From: Dehalococcoidia bacterium
GTDB taxonomy: Bacteria; Chloroflexota; Dehalococcoidia; Lucifugimonadales; VXLM01
Direction: 5' to 3'
Length of the DNA stretch: 64,000 nt
Assembly: GCA_963662435.1 (NCBI GenBank)
Contig: OY759598.1
Coordinates: forward strand, 900,507-964,506
Shown here: positions 9,507 to 19,569 of the stretch, one piece after another
Numbering within the stretch: the first letter of the stretch is position 1
How the letters are laid out: each line of letters opens with the position of its first letter
Made by a program: the position numbers and the translations under genes
The notes under the pieces: model-generated
The model's database searches: none
The model's input: only the letters and a program-made list of their open reading frames with translations
What the model was told of the DNA's origin: nothing

Positions 9507-10175
9507 ATGTATGGGCTAGGTATGCTAAAAGGTATGGGCGTGACGCTGAAGAACCTCGCCGCGCCCGGAAGGATGTTCTCCGTGCAGTACCCCAATCGCA
9601 GGGTGGGGCTGCTGGGCCTGGCCAAGGAGAACAATACGAACGTCGTGAGCCTCGTGATGGAAAGGCCGGGCGACGCGCTCAAGGCGTTGGTCGGTCTGGC
9701 GACGGTTCCCGCGCGACTGAACCAACATCCGCGGTTCCGTGGGGAAGAGTTTACGTGGTATGAAAGGCGTTGCACCGGATGCGCGAGCTGCGCGAAATAC
9801 TGTCCGCTGGGCATCATTCGAATCGTTACGGACACCACGGGCCAATATGAGCAGGACGGCGGCAAGTATGACATCGAGGTGTTCGACATCGATATCGGTC
9901 GGTGCATGTTTTGCGGACTGTGCGTTCAGGCGTGTCCGTATGATGCCCTTCACATGGGAAGCGGCTTCGAGGAAGGGAAATATCAGCGCAACGACCTCGT
10001 TATTGATGTCGATCAACTGAAGTCCGCTCCCAAGAAGCCGAGCACGTGGTACCGGCCACAGATCGAGAGTCAGAAATTCGATCCTCGCAGCGTCGAGGAG
10101 CAGGACTACCTGCAGGTGGGACGTCACGAACGTCCGACCGAGAATCAACAAGAGGAGAACTGGGCCAAGAGATGA
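9507..10175 (+). CDS. nuoI: NADH-quinone oxidoreductase subunit I (2x[4Fe-4S])
   Basis: CTGCASCAKYCP and CMFCGLCVQACP; position in operon. Confidence 0.93.
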   Translation: MYGLGMLKGMGVTLKNLAAPGRMFSVQYPNRRVGLLGLAKENNTNVVSLVMERPGDALKALVGLATVPARLNQHPRFRGEEFTWYERRCTGCASCAKYCPLGIIRIVTDTTGQYEQDGGKYDIEVFDIDIGRCMFCGLCVQACPYDALHMGSGFEEGKYQRNDLVIDVDQLKSAPKKPSTWYRPQIESQKFDPRSVEEQDYLQVGRHERPTENQQEENWAKR

Positions 10176-10729
10176 GCCTCGGAGCGGGCACGGAATCGTC
10201 CCTGGCAACAGACATCGCGTTCTGGGTGATCGCGGCCTCCGTCATCATATCGGCGGTTGCGGTCGTGCATATACGGGACGTGTTCCGGGCGGCGCTGTTC
10301 CTCGTCGTTGTGTTCCTGGGGACGGCAGGACTATTCGTGCTGCTGCGGGCGGAGTTCCTCGCAGTCGTGCAGGTCATAGTGTACGTTGGAGCGATCTCCG
10401 TTTTGATCCTGTTCGCCATCTTGATGACGCAGGATGCGGAGCAGGGTAGCCCTCCCAATCGACTCAGATACCCCGTCGGACTGCTCGCTTTCCTGCTCGG
10501 TGCGGCATCGGTGTTCACGATACTCAATGCCGACTGGATGCTTCTCGCGGATGCGCTTCCAAGCACCTTGACCACCGAGGCCGCGCAGAAGGTCAACGAG
10601 GTTTACAGCAATACGATCCCCAGGATTGCGACCCTGCTCCTGCGTGACTACGTGCTGGCCTTCGAGGCGGTGTCGGTCCTCCTACTTGCCGCAATCGTCG
10701 GAGCGCTCGTGCTGGTGAGGGAACGATGA
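10172..10729 (+). CDS. nuoJ: NADH-quinone oxidoreductase subunit J
   Basis: AEFLAVVQVIVYVGAISVLILFAILM and FEAVSVLLL; ATGA overlap with nuoI. Confidence 0.93.
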   Translation: MSLGAGTESSLATDIAFWVIAASVIISAVAVVHIRDVFRAALFLVVVFLGTAGLFVLLRAEFLAVVQVIVYVGAISVLILFAILMTQDAEQGSPPNRLRYPVGLLAFLLGAASVFTILNADWMLLADALPSTLTTEAAQKVNEVYSNTIPRIATLLLRDYVLAFEAVSVLLLAAIVGALVLVRER

Positions 10730-11079
10730 GTTTAGAGAATTTCCTCATCCTCGGGGCGATACTCTTCGCCATAGGACTCTACGGAGCGCTCACAAAGCGG
10801 AACGCGATCGCCGTGCTCATGTGCATCGAGTTGATGTTCAACGCGGTCAACATCACCGCCGTGGCGCTGTCGCGATATGTCGTGCCGGCGAGCCTATTGG
10901 GTGACGCGGCATCCATTACCGATCAGGCGGCGAGGACGCTGCTGACGGGCCAGATATTCAGCATCTTCATCATCACCGTTGCCGCCGCTGAAATCGCGCT
11001 GGGCGTAGCCATTGTCATAGCGCTCTACCGGAGCCGCGAAACGATTTTCGTTACGGACGCGACCCAGCTAAAGAATTAG
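10726..11079 (+). CDS. nuoK: NADH-quinone oxidoreductase subunit K
   Basis: LMCIELMFNAVN and VAAAEIALG motifs. Confidence 0.94.
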   Translation: MSLENFLILGAILFAIGLYGALTKRNAIAVLMCIELMFNAVNITAVALSRYVVPASLLGDAASITDQAARTLLTGQIFSIFIITVAAAEIALGVAIVIALYRSRETIFVTDATQLKN

Positions 11080-11172
11080 CAGCAATGAACCCAATAGACA
11101 GCCAATTGTTCACTTGCGCCGTCGTCTCGAATGCGAGTCGAGCATTCGAAGGTGTAGAGGACTAGCAGGGGA

Positions 11173-11367
11173 ATGTATACCGACTATCGAAAAGCACCGA
11201 ATCTCGTGATTGCCGAGATGTGGAAGAACGTACTGGAAGGCGAGGGGCTTCCGACGAAGATCCTGCCTGAAGGCGACATCCGGTCCTGGGGAGAGCGCGT
11301 GCCGTACCGCGTGATGGTGCCGCGTGGACGTGAGCACGTGGCCGACGAGATTCTGAGGAAACTATAG
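11173..11367 (+). CDS. Small DUF2007-like (putative signal-transducing) protein inside the nuo operon
   Basis: 64 aa with an A-x-M-x-K-x-x-LE-x-EG...V-M-VP...A-x-EIL pattern. Purine-rich RBS; its stop overlaps the nuoL start. Confidence 0.72.
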   Translation: MYTDYRKAPNLVIAEMWKNVLEGEGLPTKILPEGDIRSWGERVPYRVMVPRGREHVADEILRKL

Positions 11368-13334
11368 TGTCCGACACCTATGAAATGGCGGCGTGGCTGG
11401 TATTCCTGCTGCCCCTCGCCTCTTTTGTACTGATTGCGGCGTTCATCCGGCCGTTCTTCAACCGCTATGCGGACGTTGCGGGGCGGATAACCATCGGGGC
11501 GATAGCGATTTCATTCGCTCTTTCGTTCTTGCTGTTCGTGGAGGTTGTACAGAACGGCGGACGGCAGATCGGCTGGACCGCTCATCAGTGGATGCTCGTA
11601 GGTGAATTCGATCTCAGCATGGGCATCTTCATGGACGGGCTCACGGCGATCATGCTCATCGTGGTCACCGGTGTGAGCCTCCTCGTTCAGATCTACTCCA
11701 CGGGCTATATGAAGGACGATCCCGGTTACGCGCGGTACTTCGCGTACATGTCGTTCTTCACTGCCTCAATGATCGGCTTGGTCGTAGCAGCGAACGTCAT
11801 TCAACTGTTCGTTTTCTGGGAGCTGGTGGGTCTGTCTTCCTACCTGCTCATCGGATTCTGGTACCACAAACCCTCGGCTGCCGCTGCCGCCAAGAAGGCG
11901 TTCCTGGTAACCAGGCTCGGGGACTTCGGGTTCCTGTTGGCTATCTTCTACTTGTTCTTCAATGCCGCGACGTTCACCCAGGCCGGTCTCGACCCGCTCG
12001 ATATTCGGGACATTCACCAGGCGATGAACATGGAAATCATCGCGCCGAGCGTGGCGATGTGGATCGCGCTTGGCCTCTTTGCCGGAGCGGTCGGGAAATC
12101 CGGCCAGTTCCCATTGCACACATGGCTGCCCGACGCAATGGAAGGCCCTACACCCGTCAGTTCGCTCATCCATGCCGCGACGATGGTGGCGGCGGGAGTG
12201 TTCCTCGTTGCGAGGTTCTTCCCGGTGTTCGAGGCGTCCGAGATCGCGTTGAATACGGTGGCAATCATCGGCGGCATTACGGCGGTGCTCGCGGCGACGA
12301 TGGGCCTGGTGATGAACGACGTCAAGCGTGTGCTGGCCTACTCGACAGTCAGCCAGCTCGGATACATGATGCTGGCGCTGGGTGTCGGCGCGCCGGGCGT
12401 GGCCATATTCCACCTGTTTACGCACGCGTTCTTCAAGTGCCTGCTGTTCATGGGGGCAGGGAGTGTCAGTCACGCCACGGGCGGGACGTTCGACATGAGG
12501 TACATGGGCGGTCTCAAAAAGCATATGCGCTGGACGTACATCACGTTCCTCATTGGAAGCCTGAGCCTTGCGGGGATATTCCCGCTGGCGGGATTCTGGA
12601 GCAAGGACGAGATTCTTGCGTCGGCGTTCGGACAGGTGGGAGCGGTCCCGCAGGTGGTCTTCTGGCTGGCCGTGATTGCGGTGTTCATGACGGCCTTCTA
12701 CATGTTCCGGGCGTTGTTCATGGTCTTCGAAGGCGAATACAGGGGCGGGGCCGATGCTGATCCCGAGGCGGAGTCTCACGGTGATTCTTCACACCCGCAC
12801 GAATCTCCCACTTCGATGGTCGGCCCGATGGCCATTCTCGCGGTGCTCGCCGTAGTGGCGGGGCTGCTGGCGAGCCCGATCATCGATCTAGGCCCGATTC
12901 CGAAGCACTGGCTCGTCCACGACTTCCTTCACAGCGAGGCCGGGGACTTCAGCATCGTAATAGCGGCAGGATCGACCGTGCTGGCGCTCGGGGGGATCTT
13001 GCTGGCATACCTCATGTACTTCAGCCGGCAGGTCTCGTCAGGAGAGATTGGCTCGAGGTTCCGCCCGCTATACGTCCTGTTCTCCCGGAAGTACTACTTC
13101 GACGAGTTGTACGAAGGGGTGATAACGATTCGATTGTTCTACCGGGGCGTTTCAAGGGCCCTCGATTGGGCGGATAAGTCGATTGTCGATGGCGCGGTCC
13201 AACTGGTGGACAAGTTCGGTCGGAACGTCGGAAGGGCCATTGCACAGGTCCAGACAGGCCAGGTGCAGGGCTATGGAATGGCCGTCTCGGTCGGTGTGCT
13301 GGCAATTCTCGGGGCGTATCTCCTGTTCAAATAG
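11367..13334 (+). CDS. nuoL: NADH-quinone oxidoreductase subunit L
   Basis: GKSGQFPLHTWLPDAMEGPTPVSSLIHAATMV and HLFTHAFFKCLLF. Confidence 0.96.
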   Translation: MSDTYEMAAWLVFLLPLASFVLIAAFIRPFFNRYADVAGRITIGAIAISFALSFLLFVEVVQNGGRQIGWTAHQWMLVGEFDLSMGIFMDGLTAIMLIVVTGVSLLVQIYSTGYMKDDPGYARYFAYMSFFTASMIGLVVAANVIQLFVFWELVGLSSYLLIGFWYHKPSAAAAAKKAFLVTRLGDFGFLLAIFYLFFNAATFTQAGLDPLDIRDIHQAMNMEIIAPSVAMWIALGLFAGAVGKSGQFPLHTWLPDAMEGPTPVSSLIHAATMVAAGVFLVARFFPVFEASEIALNTVAIIGGITAVLAATMGLVMNDVKRVLAYSTVSQLGYMMLALGVGAPGVAIFHLFTHAFFKCLLFMGAGSVSHATGGTFDMRYMGGLKKHMRWTYITFLIGSLSLAGIFPLAGFWSKDEILASAFGQVGAVPQVVFWLAVIAVFMTAFYMFRALFMVFEGEYRGGADADPEAESHGDSSHPHESPTSMVGPMAILAVLAVVAGLLASPIIDLGPIPKHWLVHDFLHSEAGDFSIVIAAGSTVLALGGILLAYLMYFSRQVSSGEIGSRFRPLYVLFSRKYYFDELYEGVITIRLFYRGVSRALDWADKSIVDGAVQLVDKFGRNVGRAIAQVQTGQVQGYGMAVSVGVLAILGAYLLFK

Positions 13335-13366
13335 GCTTGGCATAGCGGAACGATAGCACGACTCAA

Positions 13367-14893
13367 ATGGACTTCGAAGGCAACGGACTACTAACGCTCA
13401 CGGTCTTCCTGCCACTGGCAGGGGCCTTGCTGATCGCCGTGCTCGTGCGGAATGACCGGCACGTTCGAATCGTTGCGGGCGTTACGATCGTTGTCGACCT
13501 CGTTCTGAGTTTCCTAGTCTTCACCGGCTACGACCTGCAAGAGGGCGGGGTACAGCTGGTGGACCGCGCACCGGGCTGGATTCCCATCGACTCGTTCAAA
13601 GTCGAGTACTTCCTCGGTGTTGACGGTCTTAGCGCTCCGCTTGTCCTGCTTACCGGACTTCTCGGCTTCGTGGCGGTATTCGCCTCTTGGAGCATCAAGG
13701 AGCGGGTCAGGGAGTACTTCGTCTGGCTGCTGGTGCTGCAGACGGCGGTCATGGGCGTTTTCACGGCACTGGATTTCATTCTCTTCTTCCTTCTATGGGA
13801 GTTGGAAATGGTGCCGATGTTCTTCCTGATCTCCATCTGGGGGAGTGGACGGCGCGAGTACTCTGCTATGAAGTTCCTGATCTTCACGTTCCTCGGCAGC
13901 GCCTTCATGCTCGTCGGCATCCTGATACTGTTCTTCTCGGCAGGGACATTCGACATGATCGAGCTGCCGTCGGCCTTGCAGGGCGTGAAACTGCTGGCGC
14001 CGGCGTGGCTGGTCTTCTCGCTGATATTCGTGGCATTTGCCGTGAAGCTGCCCGTGTGGCCACTGCATACATGGCTGCCCGACGCTCACACGGACGCTCC
14101 AACGGCGGTGAGCATCATGCTTGCCGGCGTGCTGCTGAAGATGGGCGGCTATGGGATGCTCCGGGTCTCCGCGGCTATGTTCCCCGACGTCATGGTGGAC
14201 GCGGCAAAGTTCCTGATCGTCCTGGGAGTGATCAACGTCATCTATGGAGCGATCGTGACGCTCCGGCAGACCGACATGAAGCGCCTCGTCGCCTTCAGCA
14301 GTATCAGCCACATGGGATACGTGCTGGTCGGAATATCGTCGGTTGCGGGCGTCGCGGGAGCAGTGTCGCCCGTGGGACTAACCGGCGCCGCCATGCAGAT
14401 GTTCACGCACGGGACTATAACGGGCCTCATGTTCCTGATGGTCGGCCTTGCCTATGAGAAGGCGCACACGCGGCATATACCGGATCTCGGCGGCCTGGCA
14501 ACGCGAATGCCGGTTATCGCTGTCGGATTCCTCATTGCCGGTCTGGCCTCTCTTGGACTGCCGGGCACGAGCGGGTTCGTCTCGGAGATACTCATCTTCC
14601 TGGGGACGTTCCCCGTATGGGGTTGGTGGACGGGCATCGCTGCCTTCGGAGTAGTAATAACGGCGGGGTACATACTCTGGATGCTCCAACGCACGATGTT
14701 CGGACCGCAGCTTGCCAGGTTCGCGGACGTGCGTGACGCCACCAAGATGGAGATGCTGCCGATCGCGGCTCTTGTGATTGCAGTCATCGCCGTAGGCATC
14801 TATCCGTCGTTTATCTCGGACTACTTTACCGAGGGCCTGTCCGACATCATCGGTTCGATTCAAGACTCTGCCCAGCTGGCGATGGCGCCATGA
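13367..14893 (+). CDS. nuoM: NADH-quinone oxidoreductase subunit M
   Basis: AVKLPVWPLHTWLPDAHTDAPT, LLKMGGYG and AFSSISHMG. Confidence 0.96.
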   Translation: MDFEGNGLLTLTVFLPLAGALLIAVLVRNDRHVRIVAGVTIVVDLVLSFLVFTGYDLQEGGVQLVDRAPGWIPIDSFKVEYFLGVDGLSAPLVLLTGLLGFVAVFASWSIKERVREYFVWLLVLQTAVMGVFTALDFILFFLLWELEMVPMFFLISIWGSGRREYSAMKFLIFTFLGSAFMLVGILILFFSAGTFDMIELPSALQGVKLLAPAWLVFSLIFVAFAVKLPVWPLHTWLPDAHTDAPTAVSIMLAGVLLKMGGYGMLRVSAAMFPDVMVDAAKFLIVLGVINVIYGAIVTLRQTDMKRLVAFSSISHMGYVLVGISSVAGVAGAVSPVGLTGAAMQMFTHGTITGLMFLMVGLAYEKAHTRHIPDLGGLATRMPVIAVGFLIAGLASLGLPGTSGFVSEILIFLGTFPVWGWWTGIAAFGVVITAGYILWMLQRTMFGPQLARFADVRDATKMEMLPIAALVIAVIAVGIYPSFISDYFTEGLSDIIGSIQDSAQLAMAP

Positions 14894-16389
14894 CGATCCA
14901 CGATCTCTATCTGCTGTCACCTGAACTGAGCGTGGCCGGACTGGCAACGCTCCTGCTCCTGCTCGACCTCGTCGTGTCTCGTAAGAGCATCATCCTTGGT
15001 TTGGGAGTTGCCGGACTGCTCGTGCCGCTGGGCTTCAGCATCGCGCTGTGGTTCACGGTAGGGGACGACGGAGCGGCCGAGAATACCGGTGTGCTCGCGG
15101 GTACACTGGTCGTTGACAAGTTCGCGCTCTTCTTCAAGTTCCTCTTCATCGGCGCGGCTGCCGTCGTAGGCCTGATGTCGTTCGACTACCTGCAGCGCAT
15201 CGAGCGCTTCCGTACAGAGTTCTACGCGCTGGTGCTGTACTCGGCGACGGGCATGATGTTGATGGCGACCACCGTCGAACTCATCACCCTGTACATTTCG
15301 CTGGAGCTTTCATCCCTACCGCTCGTGGCGCTCGCGGCGTTTCTCCGTGACGCGCGCTCGTCCGAGGGCGGCATGAAGTTCCTTGTACTGGGCGGGATAA
15401 GCTCGGCCATTCTGCTGTACGGCATGGTGTTCGTGTTCGGATTCACGGGCACGACATACCTCGACCTGATTGCGGAGCGCATCGGAGACCTGAGCGCCGG
15501 ATCAGACCAGCCCCTAGGGAGCTACGCCCTCGTGTTGGGCATTGGCCTGATCATTGCGGGGTTCGGATTCAAGATAACGGCGGTGCCGTTCCAGATGTGG
15601 GCGCCGGACGTCTACGAGGGAGCGCCGACTCCGGTGACCGCCTTCCTCTCGGTGGCAAGCAAGGCGGCAGGGTTTGCCATCATCCTTCGGGTCTTCTACG
15701 TGGCCTTCCCTGTGGAATCGTTGAGTATTGAGTGGAGCGCCGTATTCGCAGCGCTGGCAGCGCTTTCGATGACGGTCGGCAACCTGGTTGCGATAGCTCA
15801 GTCCAACATCAAGCGTCTGCTGGCCTACAGTACGATCGCACACGGTGGATATCTGATGGTCGGTCTCGCGGCGTTGGCAGCGAGGACCGGCGGGGACGAC
15901 GTGGAATTCGGACCGTCAGGCGTGCTGTTCTACATGGCGGGATACGCGATGATGAATCTGGCGGCATTCGCCGTCGTCATAGCCATATCGAACCGCATCA
16001 ACAGCGATGCGATTGCCGACTACGCGGGAATGGCGAAGAGGGCCCCATACCTTGCCGCAGCGCTAGCCGTTGCGCTCATATCACTCACGGGTATACCGCC
16101 GACAGTCGGATTTATCACCAAGGTGTATGTGTTTGGAGCGGCGGTGAACGCGGGCCTTGAATGGCTTGTGGTTGTCGGCGTAATCAACAGCGTCATCTCG
16201 GCCTACTACTACTTCGGCATCATCAAGACGATGTACCTATCGAAACCGAAGTCAGACGAGCCGATTGAGTCCAAGTTCCCCATACGGCTGGCCGTGGGAG
16301 TGACCATTGCCGGAGTGCTGCTGTTCGGAGTCTACCCGATAGTATTGCTGGACCTCGCCAAGGCGGCCGCGCAAGCCTTGTTTGCATAG
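14890..16389 (+). CDS. nuoN: NADH-quinone oxidoreductase subunit N
   Basis: FKITAVPFQMWAPDVYEGAPTP and NIKRLLAYSTIAH. Confidence 0.96.
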   Translation: MTIHDLYLLSPELSVAGLATLLLLLDLVVSRKSIILGLGVAGLLVPLGFSIALWFTVGDDGAAENTGVLAGTLVVDKFALFFKFLFIGAAAVVGLMSFDYLQRIERFRTEFYALVLYSATGMMLMATTVELITLYISLELSSLPLVALAAFLRDARSSEGGMKFLVLGGISSAILLYGMVFVFGFTGTTYLDLIAERIGDLSAGSDQPLGSYALVLGIGLIIAGFGFKITAVPFQMWAPDVYEGAPTPVTAFLSVASKAAGFAIILRVFYVAFPVESLSIEWSAVFAALAALSMTVGNLVAIAQSNIKRLLAYSTIAHGGYLMVGLAALAARTGGDDVEFGPSGVLFYMAGYAMMNLAAFAVVIAISNRINSDAIADYAGMAKRAPYLAAALAVALISLTGIPPTVGFITKVYVFGAAVNAGLEWLVVVGVINSVISAYYYFGIIKTMYLSKPKSDEPIESKFPIRLAVGVTIAGVLLFGVYPIVLLDLAKAAAQALFA

Positions 16390-16410
16390 TGTAGGCGGTG
16401 GAGCATCCCA

Positions 16411-17274
16411 ATGGACGAGCAGCGGCATCTGGTCGGTTTCATGCACTCCCGGACGATTCCGGGCGCCTCGGACGTCATCCGCGAGCTGATCGGGTCGTTG
16501 GACCTGTGCGACCGAAGCTGGGTCGCGCCCGCCGACGAGCAGGAGATGGCGTCGAGCACGCTTCGTGAGACGGAGGTCATCGTCACGGCGGGAGGGGACG
16601 GCACCATCATCCGCGTGAACCGTATGGCCGCTCCATACTCCATTCCCATAGTCGGCATAAACATGGGGCGCGTCGGGTTCATGGCGGAGTTGACGGTGGA
16701 GAACGCCGCTGAGCGACTGGGCCAGTACCTCAATGGCGACATCCGGACGGAAGAGCGCCTCATGATCCAGGCCGAAGTTGCTGAACAGTCTAATGGCGAA
16801 ACAAAGATCGTTGCCCACGCGCTGAATGAAGCCATCGTACGAGGCACACTGCCCCGCCTGCTGGATATCGAGGTGAAGATAGACGGCGTTCAACTGGCTA
16901 CCTATCGGGCAGACGGTGTCATCGTATCTACGCCCACGGGCAGTACGGGTTACGCACTTTCCGCTGGGGGGCCGGTGCTACAACCGGAAGCGAAGGTGCT
17001 TCTCATACAGCCCCTGGCGGCGCACATAAGTCTGCAGACCGGGCTCGTCGTTCCGGACGACTCGACGGTGGAGTTGACCGTGGTAGATGGCGGCGAGGCT
17101 ATGATCAGCGTGGACAACCTCACGAACGCGACTCTGCAGCGCAGCGACAAGGTCGTCATCAAGAAGAGTCCCTACATAGCCAGTTTCCTAAGGGCGGACT
17201 CACCGTCTGCCTTCTACTCCAACCTTACCCAGCGATTGGGCGTCCGTCATCGTACGACGTACGACGAGCACTAG
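16411..17274 (+). CDS. nadK: NAD kinase
   Basis: GGDGT, LNE and DGVIVSTPTGSTGYALSAGGP motifs. Confidence 0.94.
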   Translation: MDEQRHLVGFMHSRTIPGASDVIRELIGSLDLCDRSWVAPADEQEMASSTLRETEVIVTAGGDGTIIRVNRMAAPYSIPIVGINMGRVGFMAELTVENAAERLGQYLNGDIRTEERLMIQAEVAEQSNGETKIVAHALNEAIVRGTLPRLLDIEVKIDGVQLATYRADGVIVSTPTGSTGYALSAGGPVLQPEAKVLLIQPLAAHISLQTGLVVPDDSTVELTVVDGGEAMISVDNLTNATLQRSDKVVIKKSPYIASFLRADSPSAFYSNLTQRLGVRHRTTYDEH

Positions 17275-17278
17275 CGCG

Positions 17279-17821
17279 ATGGATGGAGTAGTGCAGCCGG
17301 AGCGCATGCTTGCCCGGAAGGACTTGTACGACGGGCGGGTTGTCCAGCTTCACGTGGATGAAGTCGAGCTGGCCAACGGCAAGCGCACGACACGTGAAGT
17401 GGCCGAGCATGCCGATGCGGTCGTGGTCTTGCCCATAGACGAATCGGGCAGGGCGCTTCTCGTCCGACAGTACCGGTACCCCATAGGCACGGACCTGCTG
17501 GAAGCTCCGGCGGGCGGCATCGATTCCGGTGAGGCCCCTGACGAGGCCGCGCAGAGGGAACTGCAGGAAGAGATCGGATATAGGGCGGGAAGTCTCGAGA
17601 GCCTCGGGGGGTTCTGGACAGCGCCGGGATTCTGCACTGAGTACATGTACGCCTTCCTCGCCCGGGACCTGTCGCCCAGCGTCCTCGAAGCGGACGACGA
17701 CGAGGCGATCGTCGTCGAGGAGCATGACCTCGACACAGTTCGAACCATGATCCGCGACGGCCGGATAGTAGACGCGAAGACCATCGCGGCGTACTGGATG
17801 GCGCTCGACCGGCTGGGCTGA
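17279..17821 (+). CDS. Nudix hydrolase, ADP-ribose pyrophosphatase-like
   Basis: Nudix box GGIDSGEAPDEAAQRELQEEIG, plus LVRQYRYP and DAKT. Confidence 0.9.
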   Translation: MDGVVQPERMLARKDLYDGRVVQLHVDEVELANGKRTTREVAEHADAVVVLPIDESGRALLVRQYRYPIGTDLLEAPAGGIDSGEAPDEAAQRELQEEIGYRAGSLESLGGFWTAPGFCTEYMYAFLARDLSPSVLEADDDEAIVVEEHDLDTVRTMIRDGRIVDAKTIAAYWMALDRLG

Positions 17822-19459
17822 CTACTCGTATTTCGAGAAGTCGTATCCTTCCTTGACGACACAGTCGAGCACGGCGGGTTTGCCAGTCTCGGTAACGGCA
17901 ATTGCCCGTTTCAGGGCAGGAACGAAGTCGTCCGGCTGCACCACCTTCTCGCTCCACGCGCCGAGTCCTTCGGCAACCATCCTGTAGTCGCCTCCGTGAG
18001 CGAGGCTGTCGTGTGACTCGGCGGAGTAGGGTTGATGGCTGCGCTCGATGGCCATGATCTGGTTGTTGAATACGATGGTGAGGATGCCGATGTTGTTGCG
18101 GACGGCGGTCTCGATGTCCATCCCGACCATCCCGATGGCTGCGTCTCCCATGATGTTGATGCACAGCTTGTCCGGCTCGGCGAGCTTCGCGCCCATGATC
18201 GCTCCGAGGCCGAAGCCAAGCTGAGTGGACTTGCCCCATCCGATATAGGTCCTTGGGGCGGTGCACTGCCACATCGGCGCCAACTGGTCGCGGGGACTGC
18301 CGGCGTCGTGCGTGATGATCGTGTTGGCGGCATCCACGATTGCCTGGAGGTCGTGGATGATGCGGTACTGGTTGATCGGCGCCTCGTCGGAGGTCATTTG
18401 CGGCATCCATTCGTCCAGCCACTCCTGGCGAATCTTCGCCACCTCAGGGGTGATGTCGCGGGTGTTTCTGTGGCCGGCGCCGTCGGTGCGTCGCTTGATT
18501 TCGTCGATGAGACCCTGGAGGGTCAGCTTCGCGTCGCCGAGGAGGGAGTAGTCGGACTGGTAGTCCTTGTTGACGTCGGCGGCATCGGCGGTCGAGTGGA
18601 CGATGGTCTTGCCGGGCGGAATCGACTTGCCGTAGTTGGTGCGGGTGAGGCTCGTACCGATGGCGAAGACGAGGTCGGCCTTTTCGAGGAAGTACCACGT
18701 GCCCTTCGTGTGCGATACCGCGGAGGCTCCGAGAGCCAGCGGGTGGTCTTCGGGGAAGGCGCTCTTTCCGGGCAGCGTGGTGGTGACGGGAGCCTGCAGC
18801 AGCTCGGCAATCTCCTGGAGCTCGTCCCACGCCTCGGCGTAGAGGCAGCCCTGCCCGGCGTAGATGACCGGACGCTCGGCCTCCAGGAGCACCTCGGCGA
18901 TTTCCCGAATTCCTCCGGGCGGCGGCATGGTCTTGTTGCCGAATACCGGCTTGTAGTCCAGCTCACCGGGGAGTTCCTCTTCCCAGATTTCGCGCGGGGT
19001 CTCCAGGAGGACGGGGCCGCCCTTGCCGGTCCTGAGCTGGTAGAAGGCGCGGCGCATGAGTTCGGGGATGCGCTCGACCATGTTGATCTGGGCCCGCCAC
19101 TTGGTGACGTGGGCGTAGTTGTCGTAGGGACTGAAATTCGGTGCGATGAATGCCTTCGTCTTCGATTCGCCTCCGGGAAGCAGGAGGATGGGCGAGTTGT
19201 CGGAAAAGGCCTGTGCGGCGCCGGGGAAAGCGTTCTCGCTTCCGGGGCCCTGCTGCATGGAGAACACTCCTATGCGCTTGCCGTTGGTGATGCGGCTGAA
19301 CCCGTCGGCGATGGCCATGCCGACACGCTCCTGGCGGCATATTATCGGGCGGATACCCGCCTTTGCCGCCGCGTCCACCATTGCCTGGGCCGGATAGACT
19401 GCGAGGAACTCGGTTCCCTCGCGCCTGAGAATCTCGGCGATTGCGTCTGCTCCCTGCAT
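17822..19459 (-). CDS. ThDP-dependent enzyme (acetolactate synthase/decarboxylase superfamily)
   Basis: RQER catalytic Glu, QQGPGSEN and the ThDP motif GDAA...NN. Confidence 0.9.
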   Translation of the reverse strand: MQGADAIAEILRREGTEFLAVYPAQAMVDAAAKAGIRPIICRQERVGMAIADGFSRITNGKRIGVFSMQQGPGSENAFPGAAQAFSDNSPILLLPGGESKTKAFIAPNFSPYDNYAHVTKWRAQINMVERIPELMRRAFYQLRTGKGGPVLLETPREIWEEELPGELDYKPVFGNKTMPPPGGIREIAEVLLEAERPVIYAGQGCLYAEAWDELQEIAELLQAPVTTTLPGKSAFPEDHPLALGASAVSHTKGTWYFLEKADLVFAIGTSLTRTNYGKSIPPGKTIVHSTADAADVNKDYQSDYSLLGDAKLTLQGLIDEIKRRTDGAGHRNTRDITPEVAKIRQEWLDEWMPQMTSDEAPINQYRIIHDLQAIVDAANTIITHDAGSPRDQLAPMWQCTAPRTYIGWGKSTQLGFGLGAIMGAKLAEPDKLCINIMGDAAIGMVGMDIETAVRNNIGILTIVFNNQIMAIERSHQPYSAESHDSLAHGGDYRMVAEGLGAWSEKVVQPDDFVPALKRAIAVTETGKPAVLDCVVKEGYDFSKYE

Positions 19460-19508
19460 GTGCGTTCACACTCCTGTTGTTTGTTGACTACGAGGTTTGG
19501 GGACTTCA

Positions 19509-19544
19509 CCCTCACCCTAACCCTCTCCCACGATGGGAGAGGGG
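19509..19544. repeat. Palindromic intergenic repeat CCCTCACCC..CCCTCTCCC..GGGAGAGGG
   Basis: Further copies at 21941-21978, 23394-23431 and 61565-61602; degenerate copies near 26483 and 38205. Confidence 0.8.
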
Positions 19545-19569
19545 ATAATTCGGCGGAGGGGTTATTGAA

